Shown piece by piece: positions 1-12,532 of a stretch of 43,640 nt of DNA. Every line of letters starts with the position of its first letter. Positions within the stretch are counted from its first letter, which is position 1. The notes beneath the pieces are model-generated. The model saw only the letters and a list, made by a program, of their open reading frames with translations. It was not told where the DNA came from and searched no databases. The DNA is from Chiloscyllium plagiosum (taxonomy: Eukaryota): the NCBI RefSeq assembly GCF_004010195.1, contig NC_057711.1, forward strand, positions 79,715,169-79,758,808, read 5' to 3'. A program made the translations under genes and the position numbers.

Positions 1-599
1 GTTGGGAGGTCATGTTGCGGCTGTACAGGACATTGGTTAGGCCACTGATGGAATATTGCGTGCAATTCTGGTCTCCTTCCTATCGGAAAGTTGTTGTGAA
101 ACTTGAAAGGGTTCAGAAAAGATTTCCAAGGATGTTGCCAGGGTTGGAGGATTTGAGCTACAGGGAGAGGCTGAACAGGCTGGGGCTGTTTTCCCTGGAG
201 CATTGGAGGCTGAGGGATGACCTTTTAGAACTTTACAAAATTATGAGGGCATGGCTAGGATAAATAGACAAAGTCTATTTCCCTGGGGTTAGGGAATCCA
301 GAACTAGAGGACATAGGTTTAGGATGAGAGGAGAAAGATATAAAAGAGACCTAAGGGGCAACTTTTTCACACAGAGGGTGGTACAAGTATGGAATGAGCT
401 GAAAGAGGAAGTGATGGAGACTGGTACAATTGAAACATTTAAGAGGCATTTGGATGGGTATATGAATAGGAAGGGTTTGGAGGGATATGGGCCGGGTGCT
501 GGCAGGTCGGACTAGATTGGGTTGGGATATCTGGTCGGCATGGACGGGTTGGACCGAAGGGTCTGTTTCCATGCTGTACATCTCCATGACTCTATGACT
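1..599 (+). mobile_element. CR1-clade LINE (HER1-like) 3' fragment: ORF2 C-terminus plus 3'UTR, cut by the window edge
   Basis: ORFs 12..263 (LYRTLVRPLMEYCVQFWSP..KLERVQKRF..LSYRERLNRLGLFSLE) and 324..515 (FFTQRVVQVWNEL) are the CR1 ORF2 tail; ends in a (ACTCTATG)-type microsatellite. Confidence 0.93.
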
Positions 600-2696
600 G
601 ATTGAATTCTGTTTTTCGTTTTCTGCTTTCCCAATTATATATATAAAAAAATACAAAAGACAGTTGGTTTTAACTAACTGCTAAAAGATTTGTAATATTA
701 ACTTATGTTATAAAGTTAGTTATAAAGTGTAAAGTTATACAGCTACTTTTATTTTTAGCACTTTGTAACCAATATATTTTGTTCAGGGCTTACCAGGCAT
801 CTTTTTAGAGATAGAAGAAAGTATTTCCTGAGACCAATTAACTTTCACATTACTGATTAAATGCTTTTCCCCATGGCTTCGAAATGCTTTGGTTATATGT
901 GTATCTATGCTTATGTTGAAATCTATCTCTATGATTATCTGAAGAATCTTTAACTAGAGCTTATTTCTTAATATTGTAAATAACTTCAAAGGAAGATCCA
1001 ACTATTACAAAATCACTTTAGCTGTTGTTTTCATAGCTGCTTCATGAATTAGACTGGCTGGATCATGAGCTGAAATTTACAACCCTTGTTCTAACTGTGC
1101 TGTTCACTTAGTGGGACAACATCCTTTCATTAATGAGGCTGGAATCAATCACTTGTCTATCCTTAGGCATCCTTTTTTCAAACTGTCTCAGATGTTTGCT
1201 TGCAGGGCCCCTCGTTGACCTTGGAGTAGCCCTGTTCAAAGGCACCATTGTGTTTCACTTAAATATTGGAGTAGACAGTCTCATTCTGCTTAACCCTTGT
1301 TGGCCATTTTGTGTCTTTCAAACATGGGCTGCCCTTACACCCTGATTGTTGATATCTTAGTGGCAAGAACTTTCGTTTGCATTTAGTGCTACTCGTGCAG
1401 ACAGCTGTTGTGATATTACCCTGGTTGCCTTTACTGGTGGATCCTTGTTGTCTGCCACCCTACTGGTGTGCAATTCAGATTGTTTGAGGCAGTTCATTAT
1501 TGCCAGTCTTCCTTTGTCTATGCTTTATCTAGGGCTTGTCTAATGATCAGTGGTAGAGGATACACTACTCCAAAATCTTTTACAGAAGAGGTATTGTTTT
1601 TAATTACCAAGGTGGATTATTACATAACAGTAATAAATACGACTATGTTGAAAATAGCTCATAATTGTAAGAACCCTTGGGAGTTGTATAGAATATATCT
1701 GCTTTCATTAAAGACTACTGGAGACTCGCTGTGTCTACTCACACACTATGTGTGACATCATCAGAAGGTGTGGAGCTCAGTGTAATGAGAACATTAACTC
1801 CTTCAGAACAACAGGTGTCAGATGGTAATTAGGCCATTTTTCTTTCTGTCCTTAGAAAAGGGAATTAAGCACCAAGAAAATGAGGTGGTAGACTTCCTCA
1901 GAACATTGACATCTCACAAAGACACTGTGAGGTGTGTTCAACCTGGCAAAAATATGAACGTTCAGGTCAAGTGAGTAGCTAAAATCCGAGAAAATTGAAT
2001 CACGCCCAACATGTCAAATTCCGGGTTCGACTGAGGCCCATGTTGCTATGTAAGTGTATCTAGCTCATCAGAGTCAGTACATCCATTAACAGAGGCAGTT
2101 GGGGAGTGAAGGAATCATTTTTATAATTGTGTGTGAGGCGCTTTTCACAAGGATTGAATTCTGCAAATATAATGTCTCCAGCATGGGCTTCCAGGGGCTT
2201 GTGGAGCAGTTCAGTAAATGGTACAGGATTTCAGGTACACTTCATGGATGGGGGTGTTGGGGACGTGGGGAGGGGGAGTAGTTTCAAACTTCAGATTGCT
2301 CAGAATCACAAAAGGTTCAATGTCGCTAAAGTCTGTCAATTTTCTCATGCAAAAGTTAGCAGAGTTTTTTTTTCTCATCATGCAGTTTTTGGAGAGGTTT
2401 TGGAGCTTTTCAAACAAGCATCAGCAGGCAGGAAGCTGCTTTGGATATTTTTGGCAGTACCTTAGAAGAGGAAGTGAATCACCTGCAGCATGTGACATGC
2501 TGTGGTGGGATCAGCATGGTGAAAAATGTGCACAGGAGGGAGGAGCATGAAGACTGACAGGGGACCAAAGTCACCAAAGTGACTACTGATGTAACAGAGT
2601 GTACAGAAGCAGTCTCAGATTTCTAAGTCTCAAAAAGAAGCAGTTCTCCTGCAGGTTGAAGTTGTCACATCAGCACAGAGCAGTTGCATGTTCTAT

Positions 2697-3315
2697 TAAT
2701 TCACTCATGGGATGTGGGTGTCACTAGCTGACCAGCATTTATTGCCCATCCAGTTGCCCTTTAGAAGGTGCCTTCTTCAATTGCCGCAGTCCACCTGCTA
2801 AGGGTTGATCCACAACGTACTTATGGAGGGAGCTAAAGGATTTTAACCCAGTGACAGTGAAGGAATGCTGATACATTTCCAAATCAGGGTAGTGAGTAAC
2901 TTGAAAGGGAACTTAAAGATCGTGGTATTCCCATGTATCAGCTGAACTTGTCCTTCTCATGGAAGTGTTCATGGCTTTGCAAGTTGTTGTCTGAGAAACT
3001 TCGGTGAATTTCTGCAGTGCGTTTGTAAATACTGTTACTACTGATCATCCGTGGTAGAGGGATTAGATTTAGTTGATGTGGTGACAATGAAGCAGGCTGT
3101 TTCATCCTGGATGATGTCAAGCTTCTTGAGTGTTGCTGGAGCTGCACCCATCCAGGTAAGTGCAGAGTATTCCATCAGATTCCTGATTCGTGCTTTGTAA
3201 ATGTTGGACAGGCTTTGGGGAATCAGGATTTGAATTACTTGCTGAAGTATTCTTAGCCTCAGACCTGTTCTTGTAGCCATTGTGTTTTTATAGTGAGTAC
3301 AGTTGAACTTCTAGA
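2697..3315 (-). mobile_element. Non-LTR retrotransposon 3' fragment, second family (CR1/L2 group, 'family B')
   Basis: ORF 3038..3280 (IYKARIRNLMEYSALTWMGAAPATLKKLDIIQD); 3' end matches 16090-16700 by eye. Confidence 0.85.
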
Positions 3316-4019
3316 GTTTGTGTGGACGGGTGATGTTATTGCCTCCACTGGCAATCACTTCCCTATAACAGAAATTACAACTGAGCAAAACAAGAGAAAG
3401 TATCCAAGGAAGTATCATGCAACAGCTCTAAACTTCCAAAGCCAAAATCTGCGAGAGAGGCCTGGGCAATGAAAATCTGCTTGCAGGAAGTTTGGATAGT
3501 TGTCAGAACTGCTAAAACATGTGAAAGATCAATATCACCAAACATCTTAGCATTGGTTATTGTTGGCATTGGATGATCTAACCTCTGTCGGCTATTTACA
3601 GTGACAAACTTGGCCTTAGTGAACTGATATGGACTGTGTAATTGGAACAACCTGTCCATACCAGAGAGCTTACACTAGGAAATCAATTCTCATGAATTAT
3701 GTCATGACAGTCTTTCTGCCAACTGATTATTAGTGTTAGTTAGAAGAAAGTATAATTCCCAATTGGTATTCCCCGTATAAACAACTAAAAAAATGTTATA
3801 TTAATTTCCTTGCTGGATAATATTTTTGGACATATGTTTTAGCTGGCAAGATTTTACACACAATGTGAAAGATCTCTTGTATTCATTGTTCTCTCAGTTG
3901 GATAGTTAGTTTCCACATTACTAACTTTTGCAGAATCCTATTTAGGATATTGACTGAATAGGACGCTCACATTGGGAGGTAAATAACTTGTGACTGTGTC
4001 ATAATAAAATTGAAGGATT

Positions 4020-4575
4020 TCTCAGCACAGCAAGAGTCCATTCTGCCCCACCGTGTTGACTTGTTAAAAAAATCCATTTAGTCCATTCCACTACTTTACC
4101 CCATAGCCCTGAGAATGTTTCCTTTCTCACACATGTAGACAATTTGTTGGAAAATTATGATTGCATCTTCTATTGCTTTTTGCAGGCGGCTCATTCCAGA
4201 TCATAACAACTTGCTATGGGAAAATACTTTCTCATTTAGTCTCTGATTTTTATGTCAATTATCTTAAATCTGTACCCTCTATTTACTGACTACACTGTGA
4301 ATAGAAGTACGTCCTATTTTATTCTTCATTTTCAATTCCTGTCATCATTTTGAAGATCTGTAGATCGTCCTTAAACCTTTGCAGTGAAAAGAAAAAAAAG
4401 TCTTGTCTCTCCACATGAATGATGTGCCTCATTTTTGCTATGATTCTGTTAATCTACACTCCATCCTCTCCATGGTTTTGACATCCATTGTAAAGTTTGG
4501 TGACCAAAATTGGGCAACATTTAAGCTGAAGCCGGAACATTGATTCATAAAAGTTGTTGTAACTTCCTTACATTT
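4020..4575 (-). mobile_element. Degenerate CR1-clade LINE 3' fragment
   Basis: Minus-strand AQFWSPNFTMDVKTMERME (ORF 4438..4686); CR1-like 3'UTR near 4030-4120. Confidence 0.7.
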
Positions 4576-4639
4576 AGCAGTATGTTCAGATGCTAACAAT
4601 CCATTGAACTGGGTCAAAATGGGGATTTCATTTGAAATT

Positions 4640-6087
4640 AAAAATAAATAAAAATTGCTGGGAAAGCTCAGCAGGTGTGGTAGCACCTGTGGAGGGAATG
4701 CAGTGTTAACATTTTGGATCCAATGGCCCTTCTTCAGAACTGATTGTAACTCAGAAAAGGTGATAATAATCTGGAAGACAAGGGGTGAGGGTATGTGAGG
4801 GGACAGGAGTAATAGATAGGCAGAGATAGAATCCAGAAAGAGAGAGAGAACAATAGTTAGGCTGAAGGACAGATGGTTGATAGTAAGCTCAGGAGGAATA
4901 AGAGCAGATATTGGAGATCATAAGTAGGTGAAAATGTGCTGGTTGTACTGAAAGCAGCCCATGTCATGACAGGTTTTAGGGAGTCGGCAAAGAACATGGA
5001 AGAAGGCATTTGTGTTCTGAACTTGATACTGTGTCCAGAAGGCTGCAGGTTCCCGAAGCGGATAATGAGATGTGGTTCTTCTAGCTTGCCTCACTGGACC
5101 ACTGCAGCCAGCCTGAGACCGAGATGCTGGCCAGAGAACATAGTGATGTGTTGAAGTGGCAGGCAACTGGAAGTTTGGGGTCATTTTTGCGGGCAGACTG
5201 TAGGTCTTCTGCAAAGTGATCACCCAGTTTGAATCTTATCTCCCAAGTGTAGATGCGACTACATTGTGAGCAGCGAATACAGTGGACTAGATTGAGTGAA
5301 GTGCAGATAAATCATTGCTTCAGTCTAGGGCCTTGGATAGGGAGAAGAGAGGAGGTAAACAGTTTTTATACCTTCTGCAATTGCATAGGAATATCCTGGA
5401 GGGAACAGTCCCTGTGGAAGGTTGACAAGGAAGGGGTGGGAGAATATCTGTCTGACGTTAGCATCCTGCTGGAGGTGGTGGAAATGGTGGATTATGAGCC
5501 TTTGGATGCAGATGGTGGTGGGGCTGTGTCTGCAAAGATTACTCCAAGCTTCCAGTTGCCACTTCAACACATCGCTGTGTTCTCTGGCCAAAATCTCTCT
5601 CAGGCATGTTGCAGTGTTCCAACTGGAAGAACAACATCTCATTTTCCACTTGGCGACCCTCAGCCTTCAGGACTCAATATCGAGTTCAATCATTTCAGAG
5701 CGTGAGCACCTTCTTCCATGTTCTTTACCCCCGCACCCTAGGCCCTGTCACATGGGCTGATTTTAGTGCAGCCAACCCATTCTCACTGACTTATTGTCCC
5801 CGTTCCCAGCTTTTCTTTTTTCATGAGCATCCTATCATCCATCCTTTTGTCTCCCTAACTGTCTTTCACTCTAGGGCTCCATCTCTGTCTATCCACTCAC
5901 TTCTTTCCCCCATACCCTGTTTTCAGCATAATTATCACCTTTTCCTAGCTACCACTAGCTCTGAAAAAGATTCATTCCCAACCCAAAACATCAACTGTGA
6001 TTTCTCTCTATACATGCTGCCAGATCTGCGTTAAGTTTTGTTTTTGTTTCAGATTTCCAGCATCTGCAGCTCTTTATTTTGTTTTGT
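4640..6087. mobile_element. Penelope-like element (GIY-YIG) with two 3' portions in inverted orientation
   Basis: Minus arm encodes IQRLIIHHFHHLQQD..LVHCIRCSQCSRIY..KLEEPHLIIRFGNLQPSG; plus arm encodes EEQHLIFHL / QPSGLNIEFNHF; terminal blocks 4640-4740 and 5958-6087 are diverged reverse complements. Confidence 0.8.
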
Positions 6088-8374
6088 CTTCTTCTGAAAT
6101 ATTGCCTACCTTTAGCCTAAGACCCTTTCTTGATAAAGGAGTTGAAGCTTTTGTCAGGAACTGCTGCCCAGGGGATTGTTAAGGGATTGATTGGCTCTTG
6201 AAATATCTACCAGTGCTCATTAGAAATTGCACAATGTTCTGCTGTCCAGAACTTCAGCACCATCTCTCTCATAATATTGAGTTGCTTGAGGAAATCATGG
6301 ATTTCTGTTGAGCTTAACTTACTGTTGGTCTGAAAAACATCAGGAAACTTTCTGGGTCTTTTTTTTGCGATAGAGTTTTTTGAATGCTAAACTTTAGGTT
6401 TTTGGTTTAGACAAGTTCCACTTATGTTAATTATCAATTAGGACCAAAATTGTAAGCTATATCTAGATTTTTAAACAGACATAGCACTGCAGCCATTTAC
6501 AATCTGTTTTCACCCTTTCAAGAGCATAGCTGTTTTGCTTTTATTTATAGAGCTAATAATCCACAATGGTTCATGAGTAATTTTATCAATTTTCCCTGGC
6601 ACCTTGAAATGCAAGCAAGGTCAGGACCCAGAAGAGTCCACAAGATTTTGTACATGAACTGGAGGAGTTATACAGACATCTGTGTGCTAAGAGTGCTGCA
6701 ACATTGTGAACGAAGGGTTACAGACCTCATTGAAATTTAAGAAAAAAATGCTTGGCCTATAGAAATGTTCATCAACTTGGAAAAAAACTTTCACGGAACA
6801 CAACTCTTTAGTCACTTTAGAAGGTTTGCAAGCACAAGTCCAAGTTAAAATGTGCATCTCTACACATTTTTTTCAGATTCCTCACACTTTTTCTCATTTG
6901 TGTTAAAGCTCACCAGTGTGACCAAGTAGTCAGGTGATAGTCGTACAAGCATCATCCATGGCCTACAACTCTACCTTCACTTAAGACATTTGGGAACACT
7001 GCATTCTATTTTCCTTCTTCAGCTCACTCACTATCAGTAACAGGTCAGATATATTCACTCCCTAGATTTCCTTCATTGATGTGAAGGTTATCTATAAAAC
7101 AAGAAGTGATGTGGTACAGTTGGAAATGCAATGGGGATTTGCTTTGTCAAGGGTCGGTTTGAATTGTCATGAAACTGTGAAGCCAAGTGAAACAGCTTTC
7201 ATACAGTCTGCTTCCAAAACATTGCACATGAGCGGAGCATTGTGATAAAGTCAGTGGTACTCCTTGATCATGACCCTGGACAGCCAAAGGAAAGTATAGG
7301 AAGGTCCATAAGCTGTATCACTACAAGAATGATGAATACATTCAGTGCAATGTATTCCCTTCTGAACTGTACAGTGGATCCATGAACATCTGTTGTGGAA
7401 ATTTTCCTGGCCCAGATATAGGCTATACATGGCATCCTAGTGGATATGTGTGATGTTCACAGTAATATATAAAAAATGATGGAAGCATGCAGCCTTCACA
7501 AGCTGTGGGGCGGTCTGGCTGATAACCTACTTCTAGTGTGCAGTCAAATGGAATCACAGCCGTGATCATTTCTGATGCTTTATTTCTTAGTCAAATCCAG
7601 ATATAAATATGTCTGCTTGCAAATGTAGCTTGTAAGATACTTATGGATACAATGAACATGCTGTAGCAAAAACTGACCTCGTAGTCTCCCATTGCCACTT
7701 TTTCTCTTCGACAAGAAACATACTACCTTTGTCTAACTTAATAGAGGAGAAAATGTATCTGTTAATAACCATGGAATCTGGAAAGTTGACTGAATATATC
7801 ATTGACAGAAATAGATTTTGAGTAGAGTATTAAAGTTTGTGAGAGATATAGTGGGGGTTGGGGGGCGGGGGGGGGGTGGGGTGAGAAAAATTAAGAGGAA
7901 ATTCCAAATTGCCTTTCGAAACTGGGTGAATGTTGCGTTTCGGAGTGAGGAGCTTAGAGAGAGGGATGTCACAACAAACAGTCATCATAATATTTAATAT
8001 TGGCTTAAACTGTAATGTTGCATAGCCCAACAATAAAATGTGAGCTCAAGTAATTGCACATACAGAAGACTTTTCTTTGATCCTTTTAATCTTTATTCAC
8101 TCAATACCTATATATACAAAAAACAACAAATATGAGCCTTAGAGAATTTTTCTAATGACTTTCTGGACAAACAAAAATCAACAAAAGTGCATCAGCATTA
8201 TTGATTGCTTGATTGTGATCATTGATTCTGTATCAATTCATTTACTCATATATATTGCAAAGGCATTCTGCCATGTCAAGATGATGCTTTTAGAAAGCCT
8301 GGTGACAATGTCAATACGTTATGAAATAGATACACCATGCCCATCTCAATCAAATTATAATGACAGCTCTCATA

Positions 8375-8652
8375 AAACACTTACATACAATCTTTCATGA
8401 CCTCAATGTAAGTCAAATTGCTTCACTGCTAATGAAGTGGAGTTAGCAGTTCAATGTTGGGAAATGTGGCATCCAACTTGCCACATCAAGATCCTATAAA
8501 CAGGAATAAGAATATTGACTGGACAACCTGTTCTATCAGGAATACTGCTTGAGGTATAAGCAATGGCAGTGATTTCTTAAGTCATCTTTGAATAGGTGAC
8601 ACCTCCAATATTATAGCACTCCCTCAGGACTCCAGAGGTGTCAATCTGATCA
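8375..8652 (-). mobile_element. Deu-domain SINE (SacSINE1/AmnSINE1-like), degenerate
   Basis: cacctccaatattatagcactccctcaggactccagaggtgtcaatct is the reverse complement of the Deu-SINE core as I recall it; resembles the reverse complement of 38752-39010. Confidence 0.65.
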
Positions 8653-9227
8653 CAACAACAACTTATATTTATATATCATCTTTAATACGGTGAAAAGTCT
8701 CAAGTTTATAGATGAGGAGTGGGATAGGAACCAAGGATAAATCACTGAGTGACACCAAAGATAATGGTGGAGGAGCAGAGAATGAAGCCATGCTTCACTC
8801 GAGTAAAGGTTGAAGTTAAAAAGTTGATTTCCTTCAAAATTGATTTTAATCATTTATGTAAAATGTCCTACAGTTATAAAACAAGCATCAGGATGGCTTG
8901 AGAAACCAGATAAGATGGAGATAAGAACCTAAGTAAAGCATCATAAAATTCTAATTGAACACATGCAAGGTGCCCTTTTATTGAGAAATAATTCCCTTAC
9001 TAATAATTCTTTTACATCTGTTGCATTTCAGTGTATTATCTTGTTGATAATATAAAGAAGATGGTTCCTTGAGACTCAATGCAATTATTTTCTGAATAAT
9101 TTCAATAATTTATCTCTTGAAATTGCAACTTTACATTTAAATAGTACAGGGAATAAATTTCAAGCCACTGTCCATTTTTGGCAGATGTTCAGTGCTGTCA
9201 ATATGAGATACAAGATTGTTGTTTGTG

Positions 9228-9925
9228 ATTTTTGTGAAGATTTGCGGCTCAGGCTGAGGTTCAGGTTGTAAGTTTTCTCGCTGAGCTGGCAGGTTTGTCT
9301 TCAGGCGTTTCATCACCATACAAGGTAACATCATCAGTGAGCCTCCGGCGAAGTGCTGGTGTTTTGTCTCACTTTCTATTCATGTATCTTGGTTTGGTAA
9401 GGTGGGTAATACAACTTCCGGTTCTTTTTCTCAGAGGTTGGTAAATGGGGTCCAAATTGATGTGTTTATTGGTGGAGTTCCGGTTTGAGTGCCAGGCCTC
9501 TAGGAATTCCTGTGCGTGTCTCTGTTTAGCCTGTCCTAGGATGGATGTATTTTCCCATTCAAAATGATGTCCTTCTTCGTCTGTATGTAAAAATTTTGGT
9601 GGTTAAATTGGTGTTAGTGTATCCTGGTGGCTAGTTTTCTGCTTGTCTGTCTGATGTTGGCTACTGTCCTTACAGGGCATTTTGTAAATGACATTCCTTT
9701 AGCTGATTATTGGTGTAGGGTCCTTTATGTTCATCAGTTGCTGTTTCAGTGTGTTGGTGAGTTTATGGGCTACTATGATGCCAAGGGGTCAGAGTAGTCT
9801 GGTAGTCATCTCCGAGATGTCTTTGATGTACCGTAGTGTAGCTAGAGTTTCTGGGCATGTTGTGTCCACTTTTTGGGTTTGTATTTTAGGAATCAGCAGA
9901 CTGTGTTTATCGGGTACCCTAAATG
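9228..9925 (-). mobile_element. Penelope-like element (Poseidon-like) 3' fragment with GIY-YIG endonuclease remnant
   Basis: Minus-strand translation NVIYKMPCKD..RKLATRIH..HTDEEGHHFEWENTSILGQAKQRHAQEFLEAWHSNRNSTNKHINLDPIY; same family as 17570-17922. Confidence 0.88.
9301..9340 (-). ncRNA. Minimal hammerhead ribozyme-like motif, cleavage triplet mutated
   Basis: Minus strand TCA-CTGATGA-T-GTTACC-TTGTAT-GGTGAT-GAAA-CGCC-TGA. Confidence 0.5.
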
Positions 9926-10389
9926 TGGAAAGTTTTTTCATTACATAAGCATTAGATGTGTTAAGCATGAAGACTGTTAAGATATGGACAAGATTATCGA
10001 TCTATTGACCGATAATCAACATCTCCAGAGACATCCGCAGATCTCTCATGTTTACATGACACAATTCTTGAGACTATCTTGATATAGAGCATCACCAGAA
10101 TAATCTAGAAGCATGTGCTTTTTTTTGTAAATATCCCAATGGTCACTTCAACAAATCAATTATGATTCTGCTTAGCAGCATTACCCTCATTTTAACAAGG
10201 CACAGGCCAGGCCCTTGCCTATAGTGGAGATGTCATCAGCCCTGACTTATTTTACTTCAGTCATAACACCTGAACATTTTTGACAATGGCTAACTGTAAG
10301 TACAGGAAGGAGTTGACCTCTCAAATGCTATTTTATCAGTAGTTTGGAAATGTGTTACCATGGAATTGCCTAAATATAAATATCGCTAT

Positions 10390-10560
10390 CAACATTTTCA
10401 AGGTCATCAGTACCTTCAGTCCTGCCCATCTCTGCAATCTCTGACAGGCCTTCAAAATCTTAGTGCTTCCCTGGCCTTAAATTGAATTGCTCACTTCCTT
10501 TGTCACATTATTGGTGGCTGTCAAAACTCAAAACTCCATAGAATCTCTTGATCATCCTTT
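10390..10560 (+). mobile_element. Possible old L2-type LINE 3' remnant
   Basis: cctgcccatctctgcaatctct..cacattattggtggctgtc resembles L2 3' regions; weak. Confidence 0.3.
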
Positions 10561-10641
10561 GTATCATTGAAAGACAATTGGGAAACGTCCCATGGAAATT
10601 TAGCTCCAAGAATTAAGTATTAACATTATTTATACCCACAT

Positions 10642-11109
10642 GAAGATTTGCAAGGATGTTGCCAGGGTTGGAGGATTTGAGCTATAAGGAGAGGTTGAAT
10701 AGGCTAAGGCTGTTTACCTTGGAGTGTTGGAGGCTGAGGGGTGACCTTATAGAGGATTACAAAATCATGAAGGGCATGGATAGGATAAATAGACAAAGTC
10801 TTTTCTCTGTGGTGGGGGAGTATAGAAATAGAGGGCATGGGTTTAGAGTGAGAGGAAAAAGACATAAAGGAGATCTAAGGGGGCAATTTTTTCATGCAGA
10901 GGATGGGATGGGTATGGAATGAGCTGCCAGAGGAAGCGATGGAGGCTAGTACAACTGCAACATTTAAAAGGCATCTGGATGCGTATATGAATAGGAAGGG
11001 TTTAGAAGGATATGGTTCAGGTACTGGTAGATGGGACAAGATTGGGTTGGGATGGATGAATTGGACTGATGGTTCTGTTTCTGTGCTGTATACCTCTATA
11101 ACTCTATGA
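10642..11109 (+). mobile_element. CR1-clade LINE 3' fragment (same subfamily as 1..599)
   Basis: ORFs 10656..10922 and 10894..11109 closely parallel those at 12..515; tail ctctataactctatga. Confidence 0.93.
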
Positions 11110-11519
11110 ATCTCTGAAGTGATTGAACTGACATCATGGTGCTGCTTTTGCTTTCATTTGGTTGTATATACCTGATGCAGTAATGTTTGTGTTAGCTCCT
11201 GTGACAAAAGAACTATTGTGGGTAACATGGTACTGAAAGATACCATATACCTTTATTATAGCTCCTGAAATATGCATTACATAATACATTAACAGGCACT
11301 TCAGTATCTGGGTTAATACCAAGCTATCCACTTACAAAAGCAATATGCTCCGGACAGCATGTCATGCTTCAAGTTGCCTGAGCTAAGTTGGAGTCTGAGA
11401 CCTTTATACCCTCAGGTGACACTCTATGATGCAAAGATGGTGTCATGACAATGTTTCTTAAAGATATACTGTAAACTAATTGTGAGACATTACACATGTG
11501 ATAGCCTAGTGAACTAACC

Positions 11520-12150
11520 TAACAAATGGTGAAAAAGATTTAACACAGAAAGCTGTGAAGTAATACATTTTGATCGAATGAATAAATGATGTCATTTTGA
11601 ACGAAATGACGTCATTTTAAATGGGGTTCAGAACCTGGGTCAAGGTGTTGGAGAACCTGAAAAGATTGATTAGAATGACACTGGGGTGCAGACTTCAGTT
11701 ATGTGGAGAGTTTGGAGAAATGTAGACTGTTCTTCCTGGAGCAGAGCAGATGAAGATGAGACTTGAAGGACCACTTCAAAATCAAGAATAGTTTTCACAA
11801 ATAAGAAGCAATTATTTGCTGTTGCAGAAAGGTCAAATGTCAGAGAACACACATTTTAAATTGATTAGCAAAAGAACCAATGTTAAAATAACGATTTTCA
11901 TTAAAACAGTGAGCTGTTATGAACTGGTATGTGTTACTTGAAAGAATGGTACAAGTAGATTCAACAATAACATTCAGAAGGAAATTGAACACATACTGAA
12001 AAGGGAAAATATTACAATGCTTTGGGAAAAGAAGAAGGGAAGTGTGATTAATCGGATTCTTCATGTAGGAAGGAATTGGTGCAAGGACAATGGGTTTTTG
12101 ATCTCCTTTTGATGTGGCATTATTTTAACATTCCACCATTCTATAACTCT
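11520..12150 (+). mobile_element. Old degenerate CR1-clade fragment
   Basis: FSYVESLEKCRLFFLEQSR-like stretch near 11690-11750 and a CR1-like 3'UTR. Confidence 0.6.
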
Positions 12151-12151
12151 A

Positions 12152-12532
12152 CAAGAGTTTTATAAAATCATGAGGGGCATGGGTAGGGTAAATAGGCAAG
12201 GTCATTTCCTGGAATAGGGGAGTCCAGAACTAGAGGGCATAGGTGTGGGGTGAGAGGAGAAAGATTTAAAAGGGACCTAAGGGGCAACTTTTTCACTCAG
12301 AGGGTTGTATGTGTATAGAATGAGCTGCCAGAGGAAGTGGAAGAGGATGGTGCAATTACAACATTTAAAAATCATCAAGATGGATATATGAATAAGAAGG
12401 GTTTAGAGGGACATGGGCCAAGTGCTGAAGAATGGGACTAGATTAATTTAGGATATCTGCTTGGCATGGATGAGTTGAAACATGGGGTTTGTTACTGTGC
12501 TGTACTTCTCTATGACTCGATGACACTATAAC
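12152..12532 (+). mobile_element. CR1-clade LINE 3' fragment
   Basis: Matches 230-599 (tataaaatcatgaggggcatg..ctaaggggcaacttttt..tctatgactcgatgac). Confidence 0.9.

Noticed and set aside
3375..3659. 94-aa minus-strand ORF in unique-looking sequence
   Set aside because: No recognisable domain or splice context; compatible with chance
6610..6735. Myb/SANT-like scrap (RVLQHCERRVTDL)
   Set aside because: Too short and degenerate to support; a similar weak hint near 22220-22275 was also left uncalled
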